Assembly: GCA_002633005.1 (NCBI GenBank)
Contig: NMRA01000234.1
Coordinates: 555,079 to 604,393, forward strand
Reading direction: 5' to 3'
DNA: 49,315 bases
Origin: Phoronis australis
Lineage: Eukaryota > Animalia > Phoronida
The notes beneath the pieces were generated by a model. It was not told the origin of the DNA, ran no database searches, and saw only the letters and a list, made by a program, of their open reading frames with translations. The stretch's first letter is position 1. Each line of letters opens with the position of its first letter. A program made the translations under genes and the position numbers. Positions 46,666 through 49,315 of this stretch are shown piece by piece.

Positions 46666-49315
46666 TAACATTATTCTATGCCTTTTAGATACTTGGCCTT
46701 TCGTCAAAGTATTTGACATTAGCTGACTAGTACACCATCAACATGCGAGATCTGACATTGGGAACAGTGACAGTATACCAACATTTCTGTAGGACCACTG
46801 ACAAGAATCACACCAGAGGCAAAAGGTATGTTTTCGTCGATTTACACGTCATACCCATACCCATACCCCAAAGGTAACCTGCGACCTTCGTTAAACCAAA
46901 ACGAAAGAAGAAAGATTTAAGATGAAAATTATGAAGGTAAAGTTGCTTGGGTTTCATACTGCAGTGTACAGCTCAATACCTTGAAGGTTTTCAAATCAGT
47001 GGCCATAATACAACAAATGAAAATTCATTGAAAAAAGCCCTATCAGCCTGAATGTACGCAAATTCGACAAAAAAGCTTATTAGTGCGAAAAAAATTCGAC
47101 GATCTGAGAGAAGAGAAGTCAGTGATTGAAAGTTAATGACAAAGGAGCGGTAACATTTTAGAGGCGGAAAACCAAAACTTGAAAATAAAAATAAAAGCGA
47201 CAGTTCAGTGCACATTTTGTTTGGATTCTTTACCAAGGCACTGGCTGTTCGAAGAATTCGTTTTAAGAAGCCGCTTGCTTACAACTCTTCAAACATTTTG
47301 CTCGAAATCACTGTTCAAAATGCCTCGTGACATGAAAATTCGAACCTTTCGTTTTCGAACTGTTGGTCTTTCCTGCAGGCTTGTGTGGATATTGACGGAT
47401 TTATTTACTTGCTTGTCTTTGAAAACAAGGGATACCGGCATTTCATAACTTTACCCCACACTTTTTCTCACTTGTAGTTTTCAGTTCAGATCATATGATT
47501 TCATTGTTTCCAAGGGGTTATCATTATTTTAGGTCTTTTAGGTACTTGGCCTTTCGTCGAACTATTTGACTTTGGCTGACCAGTATACCATTAACATACG
47601 AGATCTGACATTGCGAACAATGATAATATACCAAAAGTACTGCAGGACCACTGATACGAATCGCACAAGAGTCAAGGTTCCGTTAACTTGTAAACATCAT
47701 AGAGGCTTTTAGGTTTTACTACACGTTTGTGCTCCTGTGTGTCATCAAAACATGACCGACATTTTTTCGATATGGAAAAGGGAAGTGTAAAATCTACTAG
47801 CCAGTCATTCAGGTATATGTCTTTATTAATGCACAATGACTCACATCTAGTTTCAAGGCATGTTCTCTTCAAAACCATTAAAAGCTAGCAAAAACCAAAG
47901 ACCCATTGTTAATTAAACAACCGTGTCAAAACATGATCGAAAATCATTTGATGAAAAGTTTCGAGAAGTGATCTCAGAAACAATGTTGATGTTCTAAATT
48001 GTGATTATTGCACTTTCGTTTTGTGAAAGACGTTTAAATAGTATGTGAAAGTTTTACATAAATCTGAAATGCTATTTCTGAGATAGCAATCTTTGAATCG
48101 TGAGAAATGTAGACGCTTTTTCTAGGGTCGTACAGGACCTGAACTAGAAGGATCTTGACCTCGCCACCACTGGCAAGGGACTAAAGATGTCGCTGAACCA
48201 CCAACTCAAAACGACACCAGAGTCGGAAAAATCAAAAATCCCGGAAATTGCCTCTTCCATCAGGACGTGCGATATAAGATGCTATCTTATCCAAAATACA
48301 AAAGACGATAAAGGTGTGTAAATTTCGTTATTAAAACGTTTTGGACTTGCTCATAGGTGCAGTTACAGTTCTCAACCTGTAAAATATTTTAAGTGTTGGC
48401 TGGTTTTTAATTGCACGATGGGTTCTTCTAAGTTATAAAAGCTTAGGCCGTGATGACACACTTTTAATCCCATGAACAGATCTGCCCATTTATCAATGGT
48501 ATGACCATTCGCTTGGACTAGAAGTTTGTTAATTTTCTTGCCTGTGGATTTGCGTTAACGCTAACGCACTTTCCAATCCCGCCCAACAAAGCACTAACAT
48601 ACAAACACGAGCCCTATCATACGAAGACATACACCACAAATTAATCTAAATGGCGTTCAAGGTCGCAAAAGCCATGCTGAATGGAATATTTGAATCCCTG
48701 TGCCGATGCAGAAGCAAGATGAAGCTGAGCAATGCTTCCCGTTTTCGATTTTTCAATTGATCTGCATACGGCAAATTGAAAGCAATTGATAGGTCGATTG
48801 TTTATAAATTTTATCAATACACTTTTTCCTATTTACACACCATACCCAAAGATAACCTTCGTTTAACCAAAACGAAAGAAGAAAGATTTAAGACGAAATT
48901 ATAAAGCTAAAGTATCGTTACTTGGGTTTCATACTGCAGTGTGTACAGATCAATACCTTGAACGTTCTCAAATCCCTACCCATAATACAACAAATGAAAA
49001 CATTTTTAAGATGATGCTATTATAGACCGGGATCCCAGAGCTTTTTTGTGCATGAAAAGGTAACCAATTTTCTTTGGTGCCACAGTGCTCTATGGGTATC
49101 CTGATGCTTGGAAATGGCCGTCTGGCAGGTTCGCTCTGGTGGGTGTGGTCAGGGGAGCCAAAAGAATTACACTAAAAAATTGAGCTAGATCAACTTTTCT
49201 GGTAACCACTTAAAACTGCCTTCAATACCTGCTACGTCATCCATTGTATCAAAATTGGTCACTGCCAGACAATTTCAGTGGTGGGGAGTACCCGCCAGAC
49301 GAACATATACAGGGT

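Larger units (their letters stand above)
38385..48910 (+). pseudogene. Decayed paralogous coding segments, possibly from leucine-rich-repeat proteins
   Basis: Conserved tttag| acceptor before (x)LGLSSNYL. Peptides AVTVLHL, VDLSIYQL, LTYQDLQH, NGIFESL and KLKT(I)V(D/N)L(S/A). Codon position 2 is the least variable. Every copy has stops or frameshifts. Confidence 0.4.
38380..49010 (+). repeat. Tandem array of four ~3-3.8 kb diverged segmental duplicates plus partial copies
   Basis: The TCTTA(C/T)CC...GTTACAGTT...ACCTGT block occurs at ~38430, 42210, 45200 and 48285. The TT(G/A)GCTGAC block occurs at ~40510, 41300, 44940, 46720 and 47570. A shared MITE-like segment lies at ~39903, 42910, 45940, 46965 and 48940. 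Confidence 0.9.

Overview
AT-rich, intron-containing animal DNA, probably from an invertebrate; not prokaryotic. One host gene is clear: the last five coding exons of a class I-type phosphatidylinositol transfer protein (PITP) on + (1797-14992, all phase-0 introns), whose N-terminal exons lie upstream of the window. Most of the rest is transposon-derived. It includes a complete young BEL/Pao LTR retrotransposon on - (19508-25383, ATCAC TSD, tRNA-Phe PBS, intact polyprotein) and a second, internally deleted BEL element. It also includes an Academ-like relic, a P/hAT-type element, CR1-group and L1/Tx1 LINE remnants, an Ngaro/DIRS gag fragment, several MITEs and two Penelope-type hammerhead-like relics. 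Four copies of a DINE-1/Helentron-like element carry ~150-bp subunits, most holding a CTCF-consensus motif. The last 11 kb is a tandem array of ~3-3.8 kb decayed duplicates with a residual coding signature on + that resembles leucine-rich repeats. No demonstrably new system is proven. The best leads are the mobile CTCF-motif arrays, the decayed LRR-like array and the substitutions in the PITP lipid pocket. All alignments were done by eye; no database searches were run.
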